NCBI GenBank assembly: GCA_963770565.1
Contig: CAVYQE010000005.1
Location: 1 to 30,778, forward strand
DNA from: an uncultured Actinomycetota bacterium
GTDB taxonomy: Bacteria > Actinomycetota > Actinomycetes > JAFAQI01
Length of the DNA: 30,778 nucleotides
Direction: 5' to 3'
The stretch's first letter is position 1. Every line of letters begins with the position of its first letter. Below are positions 19,859 through 30,778 of the stretch, piece by piece. The notes under the pieces are model-generated. The model saw only the letters and a list, made by a program, of their open reading frames with translations, did not search any database and was not told the DNA's origin. Made by a program: the position numbers and the translations under genes.

Positions 19859-21203
19859 CTGGGCGGCACCTCTCGAGAAGACCTTGGGCCCCCTGGTTCG
19901 GCCTTTCAGGGTACGCGCTGTCCCTGGTCTTCGTAACAGGCGCTTTGGCGGAGTTCGAGTGCGCCGTTCGGGTGATCGGTGCAGGGTTCGAGTGGAGGAT
20001 TGATACCGGCGCGCGGTCCGGGCGGCCATAAGAGCCCTTAATCGGCCTTAAGCCACGCAAATAGTGATGAAGAACCCAAAATGTACGTGAACAGCGCATT
20101 CGGTATTGATAATCTTCGGGGGGTCTCCGGCTTGCCCTGTTCGTCGGCCGCGGCGATCGACGGTCGAGCCACTTTCCGGCCCGCTGCCCGGTCCATGCGG
20201 CCCTGGTCGGATGGCCTAGGCCAAGCGAGTGGTTTGCGCTGGGCTACTTGGCGTATGGCTCAAGTAGGCCAACAGCCAGGGCGATGAACGACTAGGTACC
20301 GCCTAGTCACAGAAGTTGGTGTTGGAGATGGGTTCGCACGCGAAGCCGAGACACCCCCATCGGCTTCATCCCCGGCGTGCGCTGATGGCGCTCCCGGTGG
20401 TCGGCATCGTCACGGCCTCAGTGGCCGGCGTCTCCTATGCCGCGGTCGGCGGGGTGAATCCCCGGGGGTCAGTCGGGCACGAAGCCGGTGCACGCCCTGA
20501 CCCTCGAGCCTCGTCAGCAACGGGCGATCCTCGTGGGCCACATGCTCGTCGTTCGAGATGCCGGCGATACCTACACAGCCTCGGCCAAGCCGCGTATGCA
20601 CCACGGTGGGCGGGCTCGGATCGCTGCCATGACAGCCGGCACAACCGCCAGGTCGCCTACATCAAGTTCGACAACGTCCCTGGGCACCGCGCCAGGGTCA
20701 GTTCATCGGAGCGGCCGTCCTCAGGCTGCAAAAGGCATCCCGTCGGCTACCAGCCGGCGGATCTGCGGGTCTACGAAGTCAGCCCAAGTCAATGGACACA
20801 ACACAGCCTCGATGCCCGCGACGCGCCAAGGCTCGGGCGGCTGGTCGCCACCGGACAGTCCCGTCGGACCGACCAGACCGTCTCGTTGACGGTCGGGTTG
20901 TCCGTCTCGACGGCCGGCACTCATGCGTTCGCCATCACCACCTCGGCCCGGTCCGAGGTGGAGCAGTTCCACGCTCGGGAGTCCGGCACCGCGCCGACCT
21001 TGACCTTGACTTACCGGTACGTCGCGCCCGGGGCGGGGCGCAAGCTGCCGAGAAGGCATCCGACCTCGAGCCCGTCTCCCACTCCTTCCGACACCCCCAG
21101 CCAGAGCCCGTCCCAGACGCCGACCGCGTCGCCGACGACCTCGATCCCGCCGACCCCGACCTCGAGTCCGACCACGTCCTCGACGCCGACCTCTTCGCCA
21201 ACT

Positions 21204-21290
21204 CCGACCGATTCCGGCACCCCGACGGCGTCCGCGACCCCGACCGATTCCGGCACCCCGACGGCGTCCGCGACCCCGACCGATTCGGGC
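21204..21290 (+). repeat. 36-bp coding tandem repeat ([12 protein letters not shown]), two full copies plus a partial copy
   Basis: ccgaccgattccggcaccccgacggcgtccgcgacc at 21204 and 21240, partial at 21276. Confidence 0.9.
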
Positions 21291-21326
21291 TCGCCGACGC
21301 CCACCGTGACCCCGACCGTCAGCAGT

Positions 21327-21442
<116 letters not shown>

Positions 21443-22662
21443 CGTCAGCCGTACCCCGACGCCGTCAGTCTCTCCGACCTCACCGGCGAACGGCTGTTCG
21501 CTGTCGACCATGCTGGTGCCGAGCTGCGGAGTCCTGCTCGGTGGATACCTGAGCAGCTTCGGCGGCACGAACGCCGACGGCCAGATGACGAACTTCGATG
21601 CTGACAGTGGGAGCACGGTCTCGGTGGTGCACGACTACCGCCGCCCCGGACAGACCCTGTCGGCCGGTGACGTTCAGGTTGCCCAGACCCCGGGTGTGCT
21701 CCTGCTGCTGAACTGGAAGCCGGCCAACACCTGGTCGGACGCCGGAGGCGACAATGCCAGCGTGAACTCCCAGATCGACGCCATGGCGGAGAGCATCAAG
21801 GCGCTGGGCAACACCAAGATCTTCTTGACGATCTTCCACGAGCCCGAGAACGACGTCAGCGGCGGCGCGAGTAACTGCCCAAACACGATCTACAAGGGAA
21901 GTGCGGGCACGCCGGCCGACTATCGAGCGATGTGGGCGAACGTCGAAGCCCGGTTCGCGGCGCTGAACGTGACCAACGTGGTCTGGGTCATGAACTACAT
22001 GGGCTTCACCGGCTGGAACTGCATGGTCGACGACCTATCGGCCCGGCAACAGTCTCGTGGACTGGATCCTCTGGGACCAGTACTCGAGCGACACCACGAA
22101 CTTCGTGCAGGCGGTGAGCCCGTTCTACAACCTGCTCACCAGCACGTCGGACGCGACTCACGACTTCACCTCGAAGCCGTGGGGGCTTGGGGAGTTCGGT
22201 GACCGGGCTACCTCCGACGCCAACCAGGAGCAGTTCTACTCGACGGTCGCCCAGGCGATCGACGCCGGCGACTTCCCAAAGATGAAGTTGTTCACAATGT
22301 TCGACGCGATCGGCACGACTGGCGACTATCGGGTCGCGTACGACCATGCCGGGATCTTCGACCCCAAGGAGCTGGCCGACCTCAAGGTGCTCGACCAGGA
22401 CCCGAACGTCGTGGGTGGCCAGGAGTCGATCGACGGGGGATTCTTACCAGAACGGCGCAGCGCCGGGGGCGGTCCGTTCGACGGGCGCGGTCTCCGGCTA
22501 CGCCGTTGGAGTTAAATGTCGGTGAGATCCGGACAAATACTGCTGTGAGTTTGCTGGATCGCCTGACCCGGGGTCACGGTCGTCCTATCGTCGTCCCGCA
22601 ACACCGATGGTCCCGGCGACTTGAAGCAGGACGAATCGGGTGTTGGCTGGATAAGGATCCTC

Positions 22663-25600
22663 ATGCCCAGGATTCGCTTCTCCCTTCCTGTCTTGCCCGT
22701 GGTCGTCGGCCTGTTGGCCAGCTCGATAGTGGGACTCGCCGCCTCTCCCGCGGCAGCGGTCTCACCGACACAGCCGAACATCGTCAACGCGGTGCCCGCC
22801 ACCGCGACGCCGGACGTGAACAACGGCGCGGTGTACGCCATCGGACAGGTCGGCAACACCATGTACCTGGGCGGGTCCTTCACCTCGGTGAGCCCACATG
22901 CGACTCCGGGCACGGTCTACACGAAGAACTATCTCTTTGCCTTCAACGCGACAACCGGCGCGATCGACACCACCAACTTCCTGCCGACGGTCAACGGTGA
23001 AGTCGACCGGATCATCCCCGGCCCGGCCGCCAACGAGATCTACATCGCGGGCACGTTCTCGAGCGTCGACGGCAAGACCATGCACGTCGCGCTGCTGAAC
23101 ACGACGAATGGTGCGCTGGTCAGTACGTGGAAGCCGGCGTCGCTGAACGGCACAACCAAAGGCATCGTGCTCGCCGACGGTTACCTGTTCGTCGCCGGCT
23201 TGTTCTCGACCGCCGGTGGGGTCAGCCACGCCGGCCTCGTGGCGCTCGACCCGAACACCGGCGCGGCCACCAACTACGTCCAGCTGGCGTTCACCGGGCA
23301 CCACAACTACGGGACCCTGTGCAACCCGGGCACATCGTCGTGCGCCAACGCAGGCACCGGCGTTCGCCGCATCGATGTCGACCCATCGGGCACGCATCTG
23401 ATCGCGATCGGCAACTTCAACACCGCCGGCCCGACCGGCGGCCCGGGCCTGCCACGTGACCAGATCGCCATGATCGACCTCGGCCCGACGTCCGCGCGAC
23501 CGTTGACCCGAACTGGGCACCGACGCCTACACCGCGCAGTGCTACAACGGGCGCGTTCGACACCTACGTCCGCGACATCCAGTGCTCGCCGGACGGCTCG
23601 TACTTCGTCGTCGTCGCGACCGGTGGCAGCGGACGAACAGCGACGGCACCAACTCCTCGTGTGACACGCCGCCCGCTTCGAGACCAGCCGACCGGCTCCG
23701 ACGTGCGCCCGACCTGGGTCGACTACACCGGCAAGGACACGCTCTAGTCGTGTCGCGGTCATCGGCGCGGCGGTCTACGTCGGCGGCCACCAGCGCTGGC
23801 TGAACAACCGCTACGGCTACGACTACGCCGGCGCCGGGCGCGGTCCCGCGTCCGGGCCTCGCCGCGCTCGACCCGGCCAACGGCGTGCCGCTGTCCTGGA
23901 ACCCGGGCCGCAACCCGCGCGGCCAGGCGCCGAGGTCACTTCTCGCCACCTCGCCGGCATCTGGGTCGGCAGCGACACCGACTACATCGGCAACCACCCG
24001 TACAAGCACGGCAGAAGATCGCGTACTTCCCGTTCGCCGGCGGCGACGGTCGCGCCGAGCGATCGACCCGGCGACCCGCCGGGCAGCGTCTTCGACGGCC
24101 GGGGCAGTTCGCCAACCAGCACCCAGTGCTCTACCGCGTCGACGCCGGCGGCCCGGCATCCAGTCCAACGACAACGGACCCGACTGGGCGGCCGACACCA
24201 GCCAACCCCCCCTAGCACAACGGCGGCAGCAACACCGCGGGCTACGGCCCGCTGCACGCCAGGCGCGGCACCGTCCCGTCCTACATGCCCCGGCGATCTT
24301 CAACACCGAACGCTGGGATCCGGGCAGCACGACGACGGCAGCGAGATGACTGGGACTTCCCGGTGCCTGCCGGACACCTAAGTCCGGCTGTTCTTCGCCA
24401 ACCGCTACACCGGAACAGCCAGGTCGGCCAGCGCGTCTTCGACATCACGATCGACGGCACACGGTCCTGCCGAACTACGACATCGTGGCCGACGTCGGCG
24501 ACCAGACCGGCACGATGAAGAGCTCACCGCGACCAGCGCCGGCGACGTCACCATCGACTTCACCCAGAGGTCGAGAACCCGCTGATCAACGGCATCGAGA
24601 TCGTGAAGGAAGTCCGGCTCTCGACCAACTTCTCCCCAACCCGGTGCCGATCCACTTAGGTCTGAGATCCGGCGGTGCGGAGATCAACGCCATCGAGACG
24701 GTCTAGGCCTGCTAGACTGGCTTCGAGGACGACGGGCGACACAGTCGGCCACACCGGCGACGTGGTCCGCACCGGCTGGGGCAACGTCGCCAACTGGGGC
24801 CCCAGGCCTCTGGAACGGCACGGCTCTCGGCCCGACCGTCCCGTCGGACGTGCCGGCGGACATCTATTTCTCCACCGAGCGCGGTGGGGGCGCCTGGCAG
24901 ACCCTACAACTTCTCCGGTTGCGGCCGGGACGCCGCTGACGGTCAACCTGTTCATGGCCAACAACTGCAGCTGCACCCAGAACCCCGGCAACCGGGTCTT
25001 CAACGTCGCCATCGACGGGAACCCCGTGCTGTCGAACTACGACATCGTGGCCGACGTCGGCAACCTGGTCGGTGAGATGAAGTCGTTCAACGTCACTGCA
25101 CCGGCCAACGGCATGGTCACGGTTGCGTTGACCAACGGGCCGTCGGACAACGCCGTGATCAACGGTGTCGAGGTCGACCAGACCGGCCCGACTCCCACGC
25201 CGCCGACAGTCAATGTCGACCGGCTGAGCTACCGCCACTACGACGGTACGACGGCCGGGTCCGGGGTCACGCTGCCCAGCAGCATCCCGTGGGGCTCGAT
25301 CCGAGGCGCGTTCACCGTCAACGGTGAGCTCGTCTACGGCAAGGGCGACGGCAACCTCTATGAGCGCAGCTTCAACGGCTCGACGTTCGGATCCGAGGTC
25401 CTGCTCGACCCGTGGAACGACCCGACCTGGGACAACGTCCAGACCGGCTCCGGCCAGACCTACCAGGGTGCGGAGTCGCAGATCGGCGCCGAGATTCCCT
25501 CGATCACGTCGATGTTCTTCACCAACGAGCGGCTCTACTACACGTTGGCCAACAACCCGACGATGTACTGGCGCTGGTTCGAACCACGACGGCATCGTCG

Positions 25601-27632
25601 GCTCGGACGAGTTCACCGTGAACGACGGCGAGAACTGGTCCGACGTCGCAGGCGCCTTCCTGTCCGGTAACACGCTCTACTACGCCGACAAGGCCACTGG
25701 GGAGCTGTTCTCGATCGCGTGGAACGGCACCCAGGCGACCGGTTCGCCGAGTGTCGCGGACACGTCGACCGACTGGGCCAGCCGCGGGATCTTCATGCTC
25801 GCGGACGCGACCAACCCGAATCAGCCTCCGGTGGCGGGCTTCCTCGCGACCTGCTCGACGACGTCGACGGCGTGCACGATGGATGCCTCGGCCTCGCACG
25901 ACCCGGATGGGACGATCACCGATTACGCGTGGGACTTCGGCGATGGCACGTCTGAGCACCACCCGGACGCCACGGTGTTCTCCCATGACTTCGGTACGGC
26001 GGGCAAGTACACCGTGACCCTGACGGTGACCGACAACGACGGAGCGACCTCGACCAAGACCGAGACGGTGACGGTCGGCGAAACGACGCCGGTCCCGACG
26101 TTCGCCGGTGCGACGACCGCCTGCGGTCCTGGCACTGGTGCCTGCGGGAGCAGCCCGACGACCAACGTCGCGGTGCCGCAAGCACCGCGAAGGGTGACGC
26201 GTTGTTGATGTACGTCACGTGGCCGACCAGCACGACGGTCACTGCGTCGGTTCCGGCTGGCTGGCACCTGCTCGGCACCGACGTCAGCAGCCCGCTGGAG
26301 ACGGATGTCTACTACCGCACGGCGACCGGTGCCGACGTCGGCACCAACGTCACGGTGACCTTCAGCGCCAAGACCCGTAACTCGGTGACCCTGGCCGACT
26401 ACAGCGGTGCTGACTCGAACACCATCGAGGCCTTCGCCAAGTCGGGCGACTCCAGCACGGCGTCGCACACCACACCGACGGCAACCGTGTCGACCGACGG
26501 CAGCCTGGCGGTGTCGTACTGGGCTGACAAGTCCTCCTCGACCTCAGCCTGGACGCCGCCGGGAAGCGTGACGAGCCGCGCAACGTTCTTCGACACCGGC
26601 ACCGGGTACGTCACCTCGCTGCTCGCCGATTCCGGGTCGACGGTCAACAGCGGCTCGTACGGTGGCAAGACGGCGACGTCGAGCCCGGGAACGAGCGGCA
26701 AGGGCACGGAGTGGACGATCATCTTGGCGCCGGCCGGCACGACCAACGCTGCACCGGTCGCCGCGTTCACCTCGAACTGCAACACGTCGTTGCAGTGCAC
26801 CTTCGATGGCTCGAGCTCCTACGACCCGGACGGCACGGTGAGTACCTGGGCGTGGACCTTCGGTGACGGCAACACCCAGGCCGCCAGCGGCTCGTCGAGC
26901 GCGTCGAACACCTACGCGGTGCCGGGCACCTACCCGGTGACCTTGACGGTGACGGACAACGGCGGCGCCACGAATTCGGTGACGCAGTCGGTGAATGTCT
27001 CCGGTCCGGTGCAGAACATCGGGTTCGGCGGGACCAACACCTTCGACGGGACCAGCACCGGGCCGTCGGTGTCGGTTCCGAACTCGACGGCAGCCGGCGA
27101 CACGTTGCTGCTGTTCGCGTCCTACGCCTCGACGTCGATCACCGCGACGACGCCGTCCGGTTGGACGCTGGCCGGGACGAAGACCGGTAGCAATCTCACC
27201 AGCTTGGTCTACGAGAAGTCGGCCACGGCCGGCGATCTCGGGTCGAGTGTGGCGGTGGCGCTGTCCGGCTCGGTCAAGGCAAGCCTGACGATTGCCGACT
27301 ACGCGAACGCGGCGGCCTCGCCGATCGAGACCAGCGCATCTGCGACCTCGACCGGCACCTCGCACTCCGCGCCTGCGGTGTCAGGTCTGGTCAGCGGCAC
27401 GTGGGTAGTGTCGTACTGGACCGACAAGTCCTCGACCACGTCCCTGTGGACGCTGCCCGGTGGGGTGACCCAGCGGGCGACGGTCTACGGTTCGTCGGGC
27501 GGCGCGATCAGCGCGGCGCTCGGTGACACGAACGGCGCGGTCAGCGGCAGTTACCCGGCTCAGACGGCGACGACGAACGTGTCGAGTGGTGCGGCGGTCC
27601 AGTGGACCATCGCACTGTCGCCCGCGTCGTAG
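22663..27632 (+). pseudogene. Large secreted protein of about 1650 aa: beta-propeller-like repeats + 2 malectin domains + (PKD + C-terminal beta domain) x2; many indels as assembled
   Basis: ATG 22663 with AAGGA RBS and a signal peptide ending PAAA. Repeats V.AI...G...Y.GG.F. Malectin motifs VLYRVDAGG, ERW, RVF.I.IDG, NYDIVADVG, INGIE. PKD motifs WDFGDG/WTFGDG and YTVTLTVTDN. Continuity is inferred from the colinear paralog downstream. Confidence 0.78.
24471..25061 (+). repeat. 29-bp exact direct repeat marking the tandem malectin duplication
   Basis: cgaactacgacatcgtggccgacgtcggc at 24471-24499 and 25033-25061. Confidence 0.85.
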
Positions 27633-27655
27633 GGATCCAGCAAGGGAGAGAGTGA

Positions 27656-30642
27656 ATGCGCGGGAGACCCCGGCTACGCTCGCGCGCGTTCACCTCTCGC
27701 CTCTGGATCGTCCCGCTCGCAGGTCTCGGCCTCATCGCGTCGAGTGCGTTGTGGGCAGCGCCGGGCGCAGGAGCTTTTCAGGCTGACCAGCAGAGAGTGG
27801 TCAGTGCGGTGCCCGCGGCGAACACCCCGGACGTCAATGACGGCGTGGTCTTCGCGATCAGCCAGGTCGGACCGAAGGTCATCCTTGGTGGCAGCTTCTC
27901 GTCGGTGCGGCGGGCGGGCAGCAGCACGGTCTATCCGCTGCGATACGCGATGGCGTTCGATGCCCGGACCGGCGCGGTGGATCACACCGGGTTCACCCCG
28001 ATCGTCAACGGCACCGTCTACACGGTGATCCCCGGGCCGGCCCCGCACGAGGTGTACATCGGTGGTGCGTTCACCACCGTCAATGGGCGCCAGATGACAG
28101 TGGCGCTCCTGAAGACCACGACGGGTGCGGTCGTGTCGTCGTGGCGACCGACGCCGATCACCGGCGAGGTCAATCGACTGGTTCTCTCGCACGGCCGGCT
28201 GTATGTCGGCGGCTACCTGTCGAAGGTCGGTGGTCGCGGCAACCACTATCAACGGGATCTGGTGGTGCTCAACCCGACCACCGGCCGGATCAGGCCCTAC
28301 TTCCGGCTCACCTTCACCGGGCACCACTCCTACGGCTCGAAATGCGATCCGGCCAAGGCGAAGTGCGCACCCGGCCGGCTGGGTATCAAGGCCTTCGACG
28401 TCAACCCGGCCGGCACCAAGCTGGTCGCGGTCGGGAACTTCACGGACATCTCCGGTTCGCAGCGCGACCAGGTGGCGCTGATCGATCTTCGCAAGTCCTC
28501 GGCCGTGGTCGACCCGAAGTGGAACACCCTGGCCTACACCGCCACCTGCCTGGATCACTCGTTCGACAGCGATGTCCGCGACGTTCAGTTCTCGCCGAAC
28601 GGGTCGTACTTTGTCGTTGCCGCGGCAGGCGGCGTCGGGACGAACAGCGACGGCACGCGGTCAAGCTGCGACGCGGCGGCGCGGTTCAGACGAACGGTAG
28701 CGGCCACAACGTGCGCCCGACCTGGATCGACTACACCGGCGAGGATTCACTGTGGTCGGTCGCCATCACCGGCCAAGCGGTCTATGTCGGAGGCCACCAG
28801 CGGTGGATGAACAACACCTTCGGCCACAACGCGGCCGAAGGCGGTGCGATCCCTCGTCCGGGGATCGCTGCGCTCAGCCCGCAGAGCGGCCTGCCGTTGT
28901 CCTGGAATCCGGGTCGCGACCCGCGGGGGAACGGCGCCTTCGCGCTGCTTGCCGCCTCGACCGGGCTGTGGATGGGCAGCGACACCAACTACATCGGACC
29001 CGGCAAGTACTTCCGCGCCAAGGTGGCGTTCTTTCCCCTCGCGCACGGGACGGTGGTCCCGCCTGACCCGACGCCGAAGGCGCCTGGGCGGATCTATCTG
29101 GTCGGCGCCACCGCGAGTGGAGCGCCGGATCCGGATCGACTCGTCTATCGCGAGTTCGACGGTGCGACTGCTGGTGCCGAGGAGCCATTGACGACAGGCC
29201 TCGACTGGGGCTCGGTCAACGGAGCGTTCGAGGTCGACGGCAACGTCATCTACGGCGAGTCGGACGGCGGCAGTTCGGGCAACCTGTTCGAACGAAGCTT
29301 TAACGGATCGACGTTCGGGCCCGAGGTCGAACTCGACCCGTTCAACGATCCGGTGTGGGACACCATCAAGACCGGGTCCGGTCAGACCTACCAGGGCAAG
29401 GCGTCGAGTCTGGCGATCCAGTCCCCGTCGATCACGTCGATGTTCTTCTCGGCCGGTCGACTGTTCTATTCGCTGAAGGGCCAGTCGAAGCTGCACTGGC
29501 GGTGGTTCAACCCCGAGTCCGGTGCGGTCGGCGCGGATCAGTTCATCGTTTCCGACCGCCTGGACTGGTCGACGGTCGCCGGGGCGGTTCTGTCCGGGCG
29601 CACGCTGTACTACGCGGACAACACAACGGGCGAGCTTCGATCAGTGCGTTGGACCGGGCATAGGACCCGTGGATCGAGCCGGCTCGTCAACGACGCGACC
29701 GACTGGGCCAGCCGAGGGCTGTTCTTGTTGTCGGGTGCGACGAACCCGACAACAAAGCCGTCTGCGGCCCTCGGCGGCAGCTGTGGGCACAGCGCCACCT
29801 GCACGTTCACGGCGACTCCGTGGGTGGACCCCGACGGCGGGGTGGTGAAGTACTCCTGGAACTTCGGCGACCGGGTGGTCACGCCGTTCTCGACGTCGAC
29901 ATCGGTGTCACATCGCTTCGTGGCCAACGGGGTCCATCAGGTGAAGCTCACGGTTCAGGTCACCTCGGGCACGCAAGCCTCGGTTCGCCACTCGGTGACG
30001 GTCGCCGCGCCGACCGAGAAGATCCGCTTTGTCGGCACCACGCATGCTCGAGGCGCCGGCGCCAAGGTCAACGTGGTCGTCCCCGGGCGGGCGAAAGCCG
30101 GTGACGCACTTCTGATGTTCGGTTCCTACTCATCCTCGAAGGCCACGCTCGGAACCCCAAAGGGTTGGCGCCGAGTGGGACTGCGGCGGCGCAAGGCGCT
30201 CACCACAGTCGTTTACGAGCGGGTGGCCGGCGCGCATGACGCCGGCCGGAGCGTTTCGTTGAAGTTTTCGAAGCCGGTGAACTCCAGCCTGATCGTTGCT
30301 GCTTATCGCCACACCTCGAGCCTGCCGATCGAGGCATTTGCGTCACGACTCGGCACCACCAAGAGATCGAACGCGGCGCCGGTCCTGCGTGGCTTGCCGC
30401 CGGGCGGGTGGGTCCTTGGCTACTGGACCCAGATCTCGAACCGGCCGATGACGTTGCGCGCTCCCAAGGGACTAGTCCTGCGGGCGGTTGCCGACAGCGG
30501 TGGCCGTCCGGTGGACGCGGGGATGCTCGCCGATACCGGAGCCACCTGCGAGGGCAGGTGCCGGATGGGTTCGGCAAGAGCGCAGCGCCACAGCCTCGCC
30601 ACCATTCAGTCGGCCGTGGCGATCGCAGCCGCTCTGAAATGA
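27656..30642 (+). CDS. Secreted beta-propeller-like / PKD domain protein of about 995 aa; Arg/Lys-rich paralog of the upstream gene, one frameshift as assembled
   Basis: GGGAG RBS and a signal peptide ending AGA. Colinear with the upstream protein (TPDVN.G.V.AI.QVG, LSWNPGR.PRG, ERSFNGSTFG.EV.LDP, DWASRG). PKD motif WNFGD. One base is missing near 28688. Confidence 0.82.
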
Positions 30643-30672
30643 AGGCCGCAACAAGGCGGGCCCTCCGACACG

Positions 30673-30678
30673 TAGCCT
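30673..30678 (+). promoter_or_regulatory. -10 element (TAGCCT) of a probable leaderless transcript
   Basis: TANNNT 8 nt before ATG 30687, with no SD sequence. Confidence 0.4.
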
Positions 30679-30686
30679 GAACGGCG

Positions 30687-30778
30687 ATGTCGCTCGCCGC
30701 GCTCTCCGACCTTCTCAGCACCGAACCAGCGATCGCCGACCTGGTCGATCGCCTGGGTACGTCGGAGCTGGACCTTTC
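30687..30778 (+). CDS. mfd: 5' end of a gene running off the window, probably transcription-repair coupling factor
   Basis: MSLAALSDLLSTEPAIADLV resembles actinobacterial Mfd N-termini, and mfd commonly follows pth. Only 30 codons are visible. Confidence 0.5.
   Translation, partial: MSLAALSDLLSTEPAIADLVDRLGTSELDL

Overview
High-GC actinobacterial chromosome segment. The conserved backbone glmU-prs-rplY-pth-(ybjQ)-mfd is interrupted by two accessory blocks. The first (4.2-7.2 kb) sits between prs and rplY and holds an FkbM-type methyltransferase plus two tandem secreted GH26-like hydrolases. The second (about 9.1-30.6 kb) sits between ybjQ and mfd and looks like a Wzx/Wzy-dependent SULFATED surface polysaccharide locus. 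It encodes GT2, a PssD/PssE (Alg14/Alg13)-type fused GT, a flippase, a Wzy-like polymerase, a Wzc-like co-polymerase with a degenerate kinase domain, two different sulfotransferases, an APH-fold phosphotransferase, two more GH26 enzymes and two large paralogous secreted beta-propeller/PKD proteins, one with tandem malectin domains. Both tandem paralog pairs consist of a neutral or acidic copy followed by an Arg/Lys-rich copy. Seven genes between 10 and 29 kb are broken by indels, many in short homopolymers or as compensating pairs, which looks more like long-read consensus error than decay. A Tat-exported purple-acid-phosphatase-like protein at the left edge has a remodelled metal site. All family calls come from motif recognition by eye; no database searches were run.
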